Virus record (IMG/VR): IMGVR_UViG_3300033121_001301
Coordinates: 21,273-85,272 of that record
Source: a virus
Taxonomy: Duplodnaviria; Caudoviricetes
Length of the DNA stretch: 64,000 bases
Direction: 5' to 3' (one strand)
The translations under genes were made by a program, and so were the position numbers. Below the pieces are notes generated by a model. It searched no databases and was not told the origin of the DNA. It was given only the letters and a program-made list of their open reading frames with translations. Each line of letters begins with the position of its first letter. Within the stretch, counting starts at the first letter, position 1. Below, in pieces: positions 27,019 through 36,228 of this stretch.

Positions 27019-27827
27019 GCATCCAGCGAGGCTTCTTCCTCTTCAATTTTCTGAATGTTGAGACTGGCTGCTCTTTTGAGTTCAGCCAGTTTTTCTTTTA
27101 TGTCCTGGCTTTCGTACAGCGTCTCCAGCTGGGAGTACATCTTCCACAGGCTGATGTAGACGGCTTTCTCGATATCCAGTGTTTTGGTTTTTTGGTTGTA
27201 GACCGTATCGGCATAGAAGGCCGGGTCAAAGCTCATGTCGCTACCAGGCGCATCAATGCTGTTGCCAATGAATGGCAGCAGCATGCTAGGTGGGCTGGTG
27301 ATGCCTTCATCCTGGCAGGCGGCATAGATGTAAGCCGAGATCTCTTCTGAGAACACGATCTGGTTGTTTGGATCGAGATCGAGAAGCTCAGCTTCTGTGA
27401 TCGCCCAGCACATCTCAGCAACTGTAGCTGGATCAAACTCATCAGTGATCGGTGAGCCAGAAAGAACGTTGCACAGTGGTACGAATGTTCGAAGGTCGTT
27501 CCAGAAAAGATCGGTGGTGGCTATGGTGATGCCAGCCATCAGCCTGTCGAAGCAACCCTGGGGGATAGGGCCGAAGTCTTCTTCGAGAACGTGCAAAAGA
27601 GTGGAAGGGCTCCACTTAAAGAAATTGGGCTCCTCCATACTGTCTTCTGGAGAAGCCGAAGCTGCTGCTCTTTCCATCTCGTCATGGAAATGCTGAATAG
27701 CTCCCATCAACAGGGGAGTGGCAAAGCTCTCACTGTTCTTTAGGAGCTTCTTTAGGTGCTGACTTGGGTTCAGCCGCTGGGGCAGCTGCAGCCTTTTGTC
27801 GGGCTCTTTCCGAATAGACATTGCCAT
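27015..27827 (-). CDS. hypothetical protein, probably virion associated
   Basis: 270 aa acidic helical protein in the packaging region. Confidence 0.7.
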   Translation of the reverse strand: MAMSIRKEPDKRLQLPQRLNPSQHLKKLLKNSESFATPLLMGAIQHFHDEMERAAASASPEDSMEEPNFFKWSPSTLLHVLEEDFGPIPQGCFDRLMAGITIATTDLFWNDLRTFVPLCNVLSGSPITDEFDPATVAEMCWAITEAELLDLDPNNQIVFSEEISAYIYAACQDEGITSPPSMLLPFIGNSIDAPGSDMSFDPAFYADTVYNQKTKTLDIEKAVYISLWKMYSQLETLYESQDIKEKLAELKRAASLNIQKIEEEEASLDA

Positions 27828-28326
27828 AAATTCGATTCACCGAATAAGCGACTGTTTCGAGCGGCATCGATTCGATGCGAGCTTTGTCGTTTTTCATCAT
27901 ATCGTAAAAGAACGTGGAATTGAATAGCTTTATGTACCTGCGATCAGTGATGAGAATGCGAATGTGCGGTAAAGCAGCTATGGGTTCTGTAGCTGTCACC
28001 GCAGTCTGATCAGTACCAGCGGCTGCTTGACCTTCTGCTGCGACTGGTTCTGGCTTGGGTTCTGCCTTGCTGGCTTTATTGTTTTTTTCCCAGATCTTGC
28101 AGAAGTCAGAAACACCCTCAATGAGTTCTTTAGCCTGGAAGCTAAGGAACCCAAGAAGGTGATCTACAGTCAACCCCAACCCACCCTGGAGAATAGTTCC
28201 GAAGGTGAGATCGATCAATGGGCCTGTGTCCGGATGAGTGTTGGTCAGGTACTTTTGCATCATGGCAACGTAGACTGACCTGGAAAATGGACTCAAGCTC
28301 TCATTGAACGATGCCTTGTTATTCAC
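27730..28326 (-). CDS. hypothetical protein
   Basis: Probable GTG start at 28326 after GGAG, just past the upstream TGA. Confidence 0.6.
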   Translation of the reverse strand: MNNKASFNESLSPFSRSVYVAMMQKYLTNTHPDTGPLIDLTFGTILQGGLGLTVDHLLGFLSFQAKELIEGVSDFCKIWEKNNKASKAEPKPEPVAAEGQAAAGTDQTAVTATEPIAALPHIRILITDRRYIKLFNSTFFYDMMKNDKARIESMPLETVAYSVNRIYGNVYSERARQKAAAAPAAEPKSAPKEAPKEQ

Positions 28327-28327
28327 G

Positions 28328-28606
28328 TCACACTCCGAGAAAAGTGAAGTTGCCGTGCAGCTCGTACTCAAGGTTTCCCTGTTGCTTGCACTGCTCAACT
28401 TCTTCTGATGCTAACCGCCTGTTCTGTAATTTATCAACTGGATAAGGATCGTGACATAGGGTGGCAGTATTCACAGGAGCTTGCTTTCTCAATTCCTTGA
28501 TTGCAACCCTGTGCCAGTCAGCACCTAGAGCTTCTGCTTCAGCTGGGTTACATCTAAAAAAAGCATCCACACCACCGGTGGTGTTCGTAAAGCTGATCAA
28601 ACGCAT
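28328..28606 (-). CDS. small hypothetical protein
   Basis: AGGAG RBS, 92 aa. Confidence 0.6.
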   Translation of the reverse strand: MRLISFTNTTGGVDAFFRCNPAEAEALGADWHRVAIKELRKQAPVNTATLCHDPYPVDKLQNRRLASEEVEQCKQQGNLEYELHGNFTFLGV

Positions 28607-28730
28607 GAGAGTTTCTCCTAGCTAAATTGTCTCAAATACATTGTGACGCATTTTGACCTTCAATTAAGCTATCTCCTAGACAGCAGTTGTTTTACTGATA
28701 CGATAGTGTTGTCATATTTCGGAGTGTGAA

Positions 28731-29927
28731 ATGTCCAGAAAGCCGAGTGAGACTCTCGATGTATCGAAGCTGATTGATGATGGTTCAGGTGCGAATAGAG
28801 ACTTGCGAGACCGGTATGAGTTTGTGGATGACGATTCGGTATCACAGACAACTGGTCATGGTGTTAATCTTCCTCCTGTTCGTGTTCCATCTTCCAAAGC
28901 AGCTGAGCACGGCGGCTCTTATGGCTACGAGCCTAGCAAAGGCTCGTCCATGACGGTGGATTGTGGCGGTCAAAAGTTCACGATCCCCAGTCTGGTTGAC
29001 CTCCCTGCCGAAGTCAAACAAGCAATCAATGCTGAACTGGCTATGGCAAATAATGACTCCGATCTGGATGGCTCAGACTTTGGCAAAACCATCGCCAAGG
29101 TCTTTAAGAAGTATCTGGCTATCCAACACGAAGATGGCTTGTTACCACCTTTGAAAACCTGGGTCAATGGAAACAAAGATCCATTCAAAAGAACCGTCAA
29201 CCTTCCACCACCCATCTGCATGTCTGACCCAAGGTTCAAGAAGTCGGCAGCAGTAACACCACCAGCAACGGGAGCGCAGAAAATGCAACAGGGTTATTTC
29301 TCTCCAGCAGTAGCGGCAGGTCGTCCAGCGGCAGCAGGCATGAGTCCAGATCAACGTGCAGCTTTTGCCAACTTCAATCCACCAGGTTCTCCCAATACTG
29401 TCAGCCTGCCACCACAAGCTGCTCCTCGAAGGGAAGCCCAACCTCCAGCTCCCGCTCGCCAGGTAGTTGCTCCGCAAGTACCCAACCCTGAGATTGTGGT
29501 TGCTTTCCAATCTGCAATGGGCAGCATTCGTTCCCGTTACCACCATGTTCAACTGGTATCTGGAACCCCCATCTACAATCCAGACACCAATGAAACTCTG
29601 GAAACCTTCTATCTCGTTCTCAGCAAGAACTCCCTGAATCCTGGTGCTGGTGACGACTTTGTACCAATCTCACCAGCCCCTGGGACCGAGACACTGGTTA
29701 TTCTTGCTGACAACACGATCCTGCGATTGCACTATGTTTTGCTGCAACACAGCATCCGTTCAGTGACTCACACCATTCTGTCTGTATCTCATTTTGTTGA
29801 AACTCCTCAGTATAATGAGCCAAGTTTGCCTCAAAGTGAGACTGATCCTTTGAGCGATCATGCCATGGCACAGGCGGCTCCTATCCCTGTGGAGATGAGT
29901 CCAGAGGATGCGGTTAGCGGTCTTTAA
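28731..29927 (+). CDS. hypothetical protein with Pro/Ala-rich linker
   Basis: GGAG RBS, 398 aa, followed by a terminator and the portal gene. Confidence 0.7.
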   Translation: MSRKPSETLDVSKLIDDGSGANRDLRDRYEFVDDDSVSQTTGHGVNLPPVRVPSSKAAEHGGSYGYEPSKGSSMTVDCGGQKFTIPSLVDLPAEVKQAINAELAMANNDSDLDGSDFGKTIAKVFKKYLAIQHEDGLLPPLKTWVNGNKDPFKRTVNLPPPICMSDPRFKKSAAVTPPATGAQKMQQGYFSPAVAAGRPAAAGMSPDQRAAFANFNPPGSPNTVSLPPQAAPRREAQPPAPARQVVAPQVPNPEIVVAFQSAMGSIRSRYHHVQLVSGTPIYNPDTNETLETFYLVLSKNSLNPGAGDDFVPISPAPGTETLVILADNTILRLHYVLLQHSIRSVTHTILSVSHFVETPQYNEPSLPQSETDPLSDHAMAQAAPIPVEMSPEDAVSGL

Positions 29928-29952
29928 GCCCCGATAACCCTTTCAGATAACC

Positions 29953-29991
29953 GAAGGCTCAGCTATCATAATGCTGAGCCTTCTTTTATTT
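29953..29991 (+). terminator. intrinsic terminator (its loop also resembles a -10 box)
   Basis: GAAGGCTCAGC-tatcataat-GCTGAGCCTTC followed by TTTTATTT. Confidence 0.8.
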
Positions 29992-30045
29992 GAGAGCCAA
30001 AGTATGCTTCCTTCTCGAAAGTCCAACGTATTTGATGTCGGGGGG

Positions 30046-31896
30046 ATGTCATCTACCGTAAGTGGTTTTTATCCAGATCCCTGGACAACAATTTCTTCTA
30101 CCACTGACCCTCAAAGCATTCGCCATTTGATGGTGATGGCTGAAAGGCTGGTATTCCACAACCCCCTGTTGTTTCGGGGTTACCAGCGAGTAGTAGCCTT
30201 CCTCATCACCAAAGTGCAGATCGAAGACTGCTCTGATGATGAGCGAGACAAGTACCTTGAGTACCTGAATGAACGATTGAAGATCATCACCGTGCTGCAT
30301 GAAGTAGCTATGGATTGGATCATCTACAACAACTTCTTCGGCAGCATGCAGACTCCGTTCACCCGCTACCTGATGTGCAAGAAGTGTCGCAAGTACCAGG
30401 CTCCACTGGAAAACGTTGACTACGAATTCATTGACTTCAAATTCTTTGCCAAGTGTCCCAAGTGCAAGACTAAGGGTGAATGGCACCGTTACGAGATCTA
30501 CAACCAGGATCAGAAGCGAATGACTCTGCGGCGCTGGAGCCCGCATGAGATGGAAATCAAGGAAGTTGAAACCACCAAAGACAAGATCTTCTTCTGGAAG
30601 ATGAATCCCACTATCCGAGAACGAATCAGAAAAGGTGATCCCGATTATCTGAAGTGGACACCGTGGATTGAAGTGGAATGCGTTCAGAAGAACATGTGGT
30701 TGAAGTTCAATCCTGATCAGATTATCCACCTCTGTACAGCCCCACCAGCTGGCTATCGCACTGGTGGCTGGGGAATTCCATTCGTACTCAGCTTGAAACC
30801 CGAGCTGTACCGCTACCAGGTTCTTCGCCGCCATGACGAAGGCATCTGCCACGAAAGTGTGGTTCCAGCCAAGTTCATCTCCCCACAGATGGGAACCAAG
30901 GTAGGTGTGCCTGGTACTAACAACATCATGGATCCTTCAATCCTGACTAACATCGGTGCCAACTTCATTGGCAACATGACCAAAGTACTGAATGCCCGTC
31001 GAAAAGACCCTCACGGTACTTTCCTGCTTCCTCACCCAATCAACATTCAGACCATGGGTGGAGATGCCAAGAATCTGGTACCTCGCGATATCATGGACTC
31101 GACTGCGGACTTCCTGCTCAATGCTGGTGGCATCCCTGTAGACTTCTACAAGGCGACCTTCAACACCCAGGCGGCTCCACTGGGCCTTCGACTGGTGCAG
31201 TCAGGCTGGTCTCTGTTGTTTGAGTGCCTTAACCAGCTGCTCGAGTTCATCATGGCCAGAACCAGTCGTGTTCTGCAGACTGAGCCAGCTAAAGCCAAGC
31301 TGGTCAAGCCAAGCGACACCGACGACATCAACCGCGCGATGATGGTTGCCAACCTCATGCAGGCTGGTAAGGTCTCCGATGAGACTGGTCTGGGTCTACT
31401 CAACCTGGATGCCAAGGAAGAGCTGAATCGAACCATCTACGGTCAGATTCAAGCTGCCAAGGCTACCAAGAAGATGAACGAGACCATCGAGAAAGAAGGT
31501 CTCACCGACATGCTCAACCAGGGCACCACTCCTACCATGCAGGCTCAAGCTCAACAGCAGCAGGGTGGTGGTGCCCCTGGAGGCGGTGGTGGTGATCCTT
31601 CTCAGCAGCAGGGTGGCGGTGGACCGCCTCCACTGGTGTCTGACCCCAATACCAAGATGAGCCCTGTTGAAATGGTTCAACGGGCTCAGGCTTGGGCTGA
31701 GTACCTGATGGGACTCAGCGTGAGCAACCGTCAGTACTACCTGCAGTATCTCAGCAAGCTTCGTCAGGATGAACCCAACATTCACAGTATGGTCATCACG
31801 ATGATGGAGAAGCAGCGTAACCAGATCCGTCAACAGGCTGGTGACGCAGCTATGCAGCAACAGTATGGCGGTGGAGCACAACAACCAGCAGCTTAA
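30046..31896 (+). CDS. portal protein
   Basis: Portal-like pattern: DWIIYNNFF, IIHL..WGIPF..L...L..D, helical wing. Probable start MSSTV at 30046; the track start 29971 lies inside the terminator. Confidence 0.75.
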   Translation: MSSTVSGFYPDPWTTISSTTDPQSIRHLMVMAERLVFHNPLLFRGYQRVVAFLITKVQIEDCSDDERDKYLEYLNERLKIITVLHEVAMDWIIYNNFFGSMQTPFTRYLMCKKCRKYQAPLENVDYEFIDFKFFAKCPKCKTKGEWHRYEIYNQDQKRMTLRRWSPHEMEIKEVETTKDKIFFWKMNPTIRERIRKGDPDYLKWTPWIEVECVQKNMWLKFNPDQIIHLCTAPPAGYRTGGWGIPFVLSLKPELYRYQVLRRHDEGICHESVVPAKFISPQMGTKVGVPGTNNIMDPSILTNIGANFIGNMTKVLNARRKDPHGTFLLPHPINIQTMGGDAKNLVPRDIMDSTADFLLNAGGIPVDFYKATFNTQAAPLGLRLVQSGWSLLFECLNQLLEFIMARTSRVLQTEPAKAKLVKPSDTDDINRAMMVANLMQAGKVSDETGLGLLNLDAKEELNRTIYGQIQAAKATKKMNETIEKEGLTDMLNQGTTPTMQAQAQQQQGGGAPGGGGGDPSQQQGGGGPPPLVSDPNTKMSPVEMVQRAQAWAEYLMGLSVSNRQYYLQYLSKLRQDEPNIHSMVITMMEKQRNQIRQQAGDAAMQQQYGGGAQQPAA

Positions 31897-32225
31897 GAGC
31901 CCAGCACAACGGTCTTTACTGCTTTGCCATTGTTGTAAACAACAGTCAGTGTTTTGTGGCCGGTCACTCTGAGAAAGTCTTCTTGAGACTTCCCAGAAAG
32001 ACCGGCTACACTTCTTTTCAACTCACTAAGAACACCACGAATTTGCAACGTATTGGATGGTGCAGCTGCTGAAGGTGCTCCACAGCAACCTGAAGAAGCT
32101 GGAGCTTGTCTCTGGTTACCTATCTCAGCAAGTCTCTTCCTGGCTGCAGCCAATATGGGAAACTGCTTGACAACATCATTGTTGGCAAGCAATCGAGTGA
32201 TGAGTGCTTCATCTAAAGCTGCCAT
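31893..32225 (-). CDS. small hypothetical protein
   Basis: Last gene of the long minus-strand structural operon; its stop overlaps the portal stop. Confidence 0.6.
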   Translation of the reverse strand: MAALDEALITRLLANNDVVKQFPILAAARKRLAEIGNQRQAPASSGCCGAPSAAAPSNTLQIRGVLSELKRSVAGLSGKSQEDFLRVTGHKTLTVVYNNGKAVKTVVLGS

Positions 32226-32227
32226 GA

Positions 32228-32653
32228 TTACGGGCTCACCAGGAAGCTGTTAGTTGTAAAGGATTCACCCAGGATACCTGACAGTACATACTCTACTTGC
32301 AGGCTGGCTTCAGCTGCATCCAGTGCAGCAGTCAATGCGTCGACCCGCTTCTGATAATCATCCTTGAGCTGCGGAATGCTCGTAGCGTCAAGATAGTAGT
32401 CTTCAAACACACTTGTCCGGAACTTGAGAGGGAATTCAGATTCTGGATCTGGTTCATCTTTGGGAATCGCCCCCAACTGGTAGGGGTTGGCAATCCCCTC
32501 AAACTTGTCGTTGTCTCCGTCTGTTTTCGTGTAGACAAATATTTCTTTGTCCATGTTGTTCGCAGATTCAGCTGTGACTCTGAACAGGTACGAAGGCATG
32601 GAGATGGAGATGTTAGACATCTCGAATTTCAAATTGACGCTATGTGGACCCAT
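32228..32653 (-). CDS. hypothetical protein, possibly virion
   Basis: 141 aa in the operon. Confidence 0.6.
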   Translation of the reverse strand: MGPHSVNLKFEMSNISISMPSYLFRVTAESANNMDKEIFVYTKTDGDNDKFEGIANPYQLGAIPKDEPDPESEFPLKFRTSVFEDYYLDATSIPQLKDDYQKRVDALTAALDAAEASLQVEYVLSGILGESFTTNSFLVSP

Positions 32654-32679
32654 GGTAACCCCTGGAAATTAGCTTAGCA

Positions 32680-33447
32680 TCAATCGCCCCAGAATACGAG
32701 ATCAGGGGTCGGGTAGACGGTCATACCAGCTCGAGCTGCCTGAGCTGTCAGGTTAGAGTAATTGTACAACCACTTGGGCTCAAGCTGGAATTCCCCAGGC
32801 TCAGCCACCTTCTGACCTATCTGCTCCCACCCCTTTTCCACGTTGTCTTTGTCGTGAAGCGAAGACATGTGGATGTCGCTGATGCCCCAGCGATAGATGT
32901 ACTGCCAGCGAGATCTGTCCAGCTCATTGGTAGCTGGGGGCTCATTCATGCGAAAAGCTCGATCTATCTCCAGGTCAGCACCAGAACTCATGATGGGGTA
33001 TCCACCCACCTTGGCGTAAGCTTTCCTGGTGAAGACTGAGCTGTTGTGGCCAACAAAGCTTTCCATCTTGGACAGGCCATGCTTGTTAAGCAGCCACTGA
33101 CCGTGAGACTTGTAGTACTGCGAGCCCAGTGCCTTGAGTGTCTCCATTGCCACCTGCAGCCGCATGGGCAAGCTGATGTCGTCATCATCCCAGGGTGCCA
33201 GGTAGTCACCCTGAGCCAGGGCAACTCCAATAGCCATCTTCTCTCCGTAGGTTCGGCAACGAAGAGGGAGATTGATGATCTTCACATCAGGATGATCAAA
33301 CACCAACTTCTGCTCGGGGCAGTCGTTGATGATGAGCAGCTCTTTATCGGGCCAACTCTGCTGCAGGAAAGACTGAATAGCCTCCTCTAGCAGGTAGGTG
33401 TAAGTTGGTGGTCTTTGAAAAGTGATGCAGATGCAGCTGACTTTCAT
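32680..33447 (-). CDS. GT-A fold glycosyltransferase, family 2
   Basis: VSCICITFQR, ELLIIND, GDYLAPWDDDDIS (DxD). Confidence 0.92.
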   Translation of the reverse strand: MKVSCICITFQRPPTYTYLLEEAIQSFLQQSWPDKELLIINDCPEQKLVFDHPDVKIINLPLRCRTYGEKMAIGVALAQGDYLAPWDDDDISLPMRLQVAMETLKALGSQYYKSHGQWLLNKHGLSKMESFVGHNSSVFTRKAYAKVGGYPIMSSGADLEIDRAFRMNEPPATNELDRSRWQYIYRWGISDIHMSSLHDKDNVEKGWEQIGQKVAEPGEFQLEPKWLYNYSNLTAQAARAGMTVYPTPDLVFWGD

Positions 33448-34310
33448 GTTACCCTCAGAGCGATGCTGTGATCAAAATGATAGTTCGCAGGCAGCACCTT
33501 TGAACAGATCTCTCTGATGTCAGTCATGTTCAAGTAGTTGGTAAAGTGCAGAATACACTGCGTCCACAGCTCATTGGGTTTGCGGAGCTTGGAGATGTTC
33601 AGCAGGTAGTTGGTGAACTTATCTGAGCTTTTCACCACATGGCTGATTGTCTTGCTGCTGTTGAAACTGTGCGTCCATTTGATGAAAGGCAAGCAAAGCG
33701 CTTTTCCCCCTCGATCGCGGTAGATCTCCTGAATGATCCCCTCTTCACCTCCGAAGCCTTTGGTGTCTGGATGGTAGCCAGGCCAGTTGACTCGATCAAC
33801 GCAGAACAAAGCTCCACCATGTCCGAAGATCTCAAAGGGTTGGTCTGTCACAGCTGTCTTGGCAAAGCGGTTGTGCCACTTGCCCATCATTCCTCCGCTC
33901 CACTCACTGGTCATCTCAGTGTGAGATATCTCCCCTTTAGCGTTATAAAGTATGCCATGTAGGATGTCTTTATTCCCAGCTGGGGTGGCTTGCAGATAGA
34001 CCAGCAATTGGTCAACAGCACCAGCACTAAGAAGTACGTGACTGTCAATCACCAGCACGTACTGAGACAAGCAGTGCTCAATGGCTTGGCTTTTAGCGTA
34101 GCAAGTACCTTGCTTGCTCACGTCTGTCACATATCGATCGACACCGTTGTTCTTGCAGAACTCAGTTGTCTTCTCGCATTTGCCGTAGTTATCGAATACC
34201 AGAATCCTGAAGTTCTTTCTGGTCTGATGCAGCCCCAGTGATTGCACTGTCAGGCTCAAACCACGATAGTCGTCAAACGTCACGATCGCGATTGTCAGAA
34301 GATCTCGCAT
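33444..34310 (-). CDS. GT-A glycosyltransferase with polypeptide GalNAc-transferase (GT27)-like motifs
   Basis: LTIAIVTFDD, LVFDN, VIDSH (DxH), GGALFCVDR, FGGEE.I...Y...GG....LP....THSF. Confidence 0.85.
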   Translation of the reverse strand: MRDLLTIAIVTFDDYRGLSLTVQSLGLHQTRKNFRILVFDNYGKCEKTTEFCKNNGVDRYVTDVSKQGTCYAKSQAIEHCLSQYVLVIDSHVLLSAGAVDQLLVYLQATPAGNKDILHGILYNAKGEISHTEMTSEWSGGMMGKWHNRFAKTAVTDQPFEIFGHGGALFCVDRVNWPGYHPDTKGFGGEEGIIQEIYRDRGGKALCLPFIKWTHSFNSSKTISHVVKSSDKFTNYLLNISKLRKPNELWTQCILHFTNYLNMTDIREICSKVLPANYHFDHSIALRVT

Positions 34311-34330
34311 AGTTGGCTCTCTAAGGACTG

Positions 34331-35443
34331 TTAGCTGAACATAGGAACATCCAAAGGAATGAACTCAGCTGAAGCTTCAAATCCTCCCCCGAAACCAGGA
34401 GCGATTGGGCAAAAGCCATCGTATAGCCTGAAAGCAGGGTAACCAGCCAGGAACCATCCGAATAAAGGTATTAAAAATTGACCAGGGTTAATGGGGCTAG
34501 CACCAACACCCCCACTGTTGTTCATCGCAGACAAGTTTGCCAGACTTCCTTTAATGGTAAATTTGAGTGGTGAAGTAGAGTCTAAAAATACGTCTGCACC
34601 CTCTATGATTCCTGCTTTGGTCTGATTATCAATAGTTGATTGTCCAAGCAGCCCACCCCCACCAGGAACCCAGTAGATTTTGGAGCAGTAGACTCTTCCG
34701 TAGGCTGCGACTTTGCTTGGATAAGTCGCCATACCTGCAACGGTATAACCTGGATTGGGGGGCTGCACAGGTATTTGTGGACCACCACCAAACCCAACAC
34801 TGCCAAAGCCAGTAGCAAATTGGTACCCACCTATTTTTACACAACGCCCATCTGGCATCGGTCTTATGGAAAGAGCTACTTCAAAGAATTCTGCTTCGGC
34901 AATTAATCCAGCCGCTGGAAATCCATTTTCGCTGGCGTAAACATTATAAGCAAAGCCGCTTATCTGAAACGCAGTTAGAGCTTTATTGAATGTAACAGAG
35001 CACCATTTGTCAGCCTGGCTAAATTGAGCTTGAACAGTTCTTTCACCAATAGTATTGCTAGGTGGCTCACCAAATTGTGGTTGTCTCGCTCTGTAGTTCT
35101 GGCTGGCTAGTCGAGGGGAAGACAACAAATTGGAGCAAACGGGTGAAAGCAAGGTAACTTTAGCGTCGTAGTTACCTGAATTAGGTCCACCTTGACCAGC
35201 GTCGTTGTACAGTAGATCGGCAGTATACGGTGATCTCGCGTAAGCTTCGCAGGAGCCGCCGCCAGGGGGTGGAGGTGGTTCAACTGGTATGTCGTCAGGT
35301 GGTTCCGGCTCAATCGTCGGATCGCCACCAGGTTCACCTGTTGGATCTTCACCAGGCGGCTCTGGCTCATCGTTGTTAACGCAACCAGCCCAAGTTTTTT
35401 CTATTGGTGGCACGTCCAGTAAGTCAGATTTTTTGCAGTTCAT
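34331..35443 (-). CDS. fibre/adhesin-like protein, cassette A
   Basis: N-terminal C..DVPPIEK..GC, Pro/Glu/Gly linker, beta-rich C-terminal domain; lower GC than the flanks. Confidence 0.55.
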   Translation of the reverse strand: MNCKKSDLLDVPPIEKTWAGCVNNDEPEPPGEDPTGEPGGDPTIEPEPPDDIPVEPPPPPGGGSCEAYARSPYTADLLYNDAGQGGPNSGNYDAKVTLLSPVCSNLLSSPRLASQNYRARQPQFGEPPSNTIGERTVQAQFSQADKWCSVTFNKALTAFQISGFAYNVYASENGFPAAGLIAEAEFFEVALSIRPMPDGRCVKIGGYQFATGFGSVGFGGGPQIPVQPPNPGYTVAGMATYPSKVAAYGRVYCSKIYWVPGGGGLLGQSTIDNQTKAGIIEGADVFLDSTSPLKFTIKGSLANLSAMNNSGGVGASPINPGQFLIPLFGWFLAGYPAFRLYDGFCPIAPGFGGGFEASAEFIPLDVPMFS

Positions 35444-35457
35444 GATTAGACCAGTTC

Positions 35458-36228
35458 TTACCCTAGATTGGGAGCCAGGCCATTGTTGCTGGCATTAAGC
35501 TCATAAAACAAGAGCTCTGTCACTTGCTTGTCGTAAATTCCCCAATTGGCACCACTGAAACCATAGTTGCCTAACTCATTAAACACATTCCTAGTCCAAC
35601 CTCCAGTTTGACCAAGCGGGCCAACTCCTCTATCCAGTTTATTTTGTACGCAGCAGGTAGCAATGAACGGACTCCAGGATTGTATCACAATGGTGTCCAG
35701 ACTATGCCAAACTTTTGGAACGTACAAAGCCAACGAATCTGTGGTTAACATGCCTGTCAGTTCATTAGTAGCTACGCCAAATCCATAGCCCCTTACAGGG
35801 GGTCCAAGCAGCAAACCCAGGTACATATTTTCCTGTATCACTTCGTACTGAGAAACTCCATAGTTTCCACCACCACCTATGTTGGTCATTCTTATCCGAC
35901 CAACTCTACCTATGCTTTCTCCTCTTTGAGCACTGACTGGAATATCAAAGCTAAATATGTGTGTGTAGTACTCATCGCCAATGTCTCCGTAAATAGTTCC
36001 ACCACCAGGAGGGGCTCCAAAATACTTTTTTAATTTGTGATAACCACCATTAGTGGTGTAGCACCAATTGAGAAAAAGTTTACTGGATGGAGTTTCAAAC
36101 ACTCCTATGGTTTTAGTAGGACCGGGTCGAGGGTTAGGTGGTGGTACAACGATGCCAGCGTTGCATCTGCCAAGTTCCTTCTCTATCGGTGGAACTTCCA
36201 CGATTTCGTAGTCCAAGCAGTCTTTCAT
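35458..36228 (-). CDS. fibre/adhesin-like protein, cassette B
   Basis: ATGA overlap gives a start at 36228; C..EVPPIEK..GRC, Pro linker, beta-rich domain; AT-rich. Confidence 0.55.
   Translation of the reverse strand: MKDCLDYEIVEVPPIEKELGRCNAGIVVPPPNPRPGPTKTIGVFETPSSKLFLNWCYTTNGGYHKLKKYFGAPPGGGTIYGDIGDEYYTHIFSFDIPVSAQRGESIGRVGRIRMTNIGGGGNYGVSQYEVIQENMYLGLLLGPPVRGYGFGVATNELTGMLTTDSLALYVPKVWHSLDTIVIQSWSPFIATCCVQNKLDRGVGPLGQTGGWTRNVFNELGNYGFSGANWGIYDKQVTELLFYELNASNNGLAPNLG

Noticed and set aside
11123-29971. ORF-track N-terminal extensions (11260, 16160, 19335, 19903, 28398, 29971)
   Set aside because: They overlap upstream genes or terminators, and downstream starts have better RBS or stop-start coupling.
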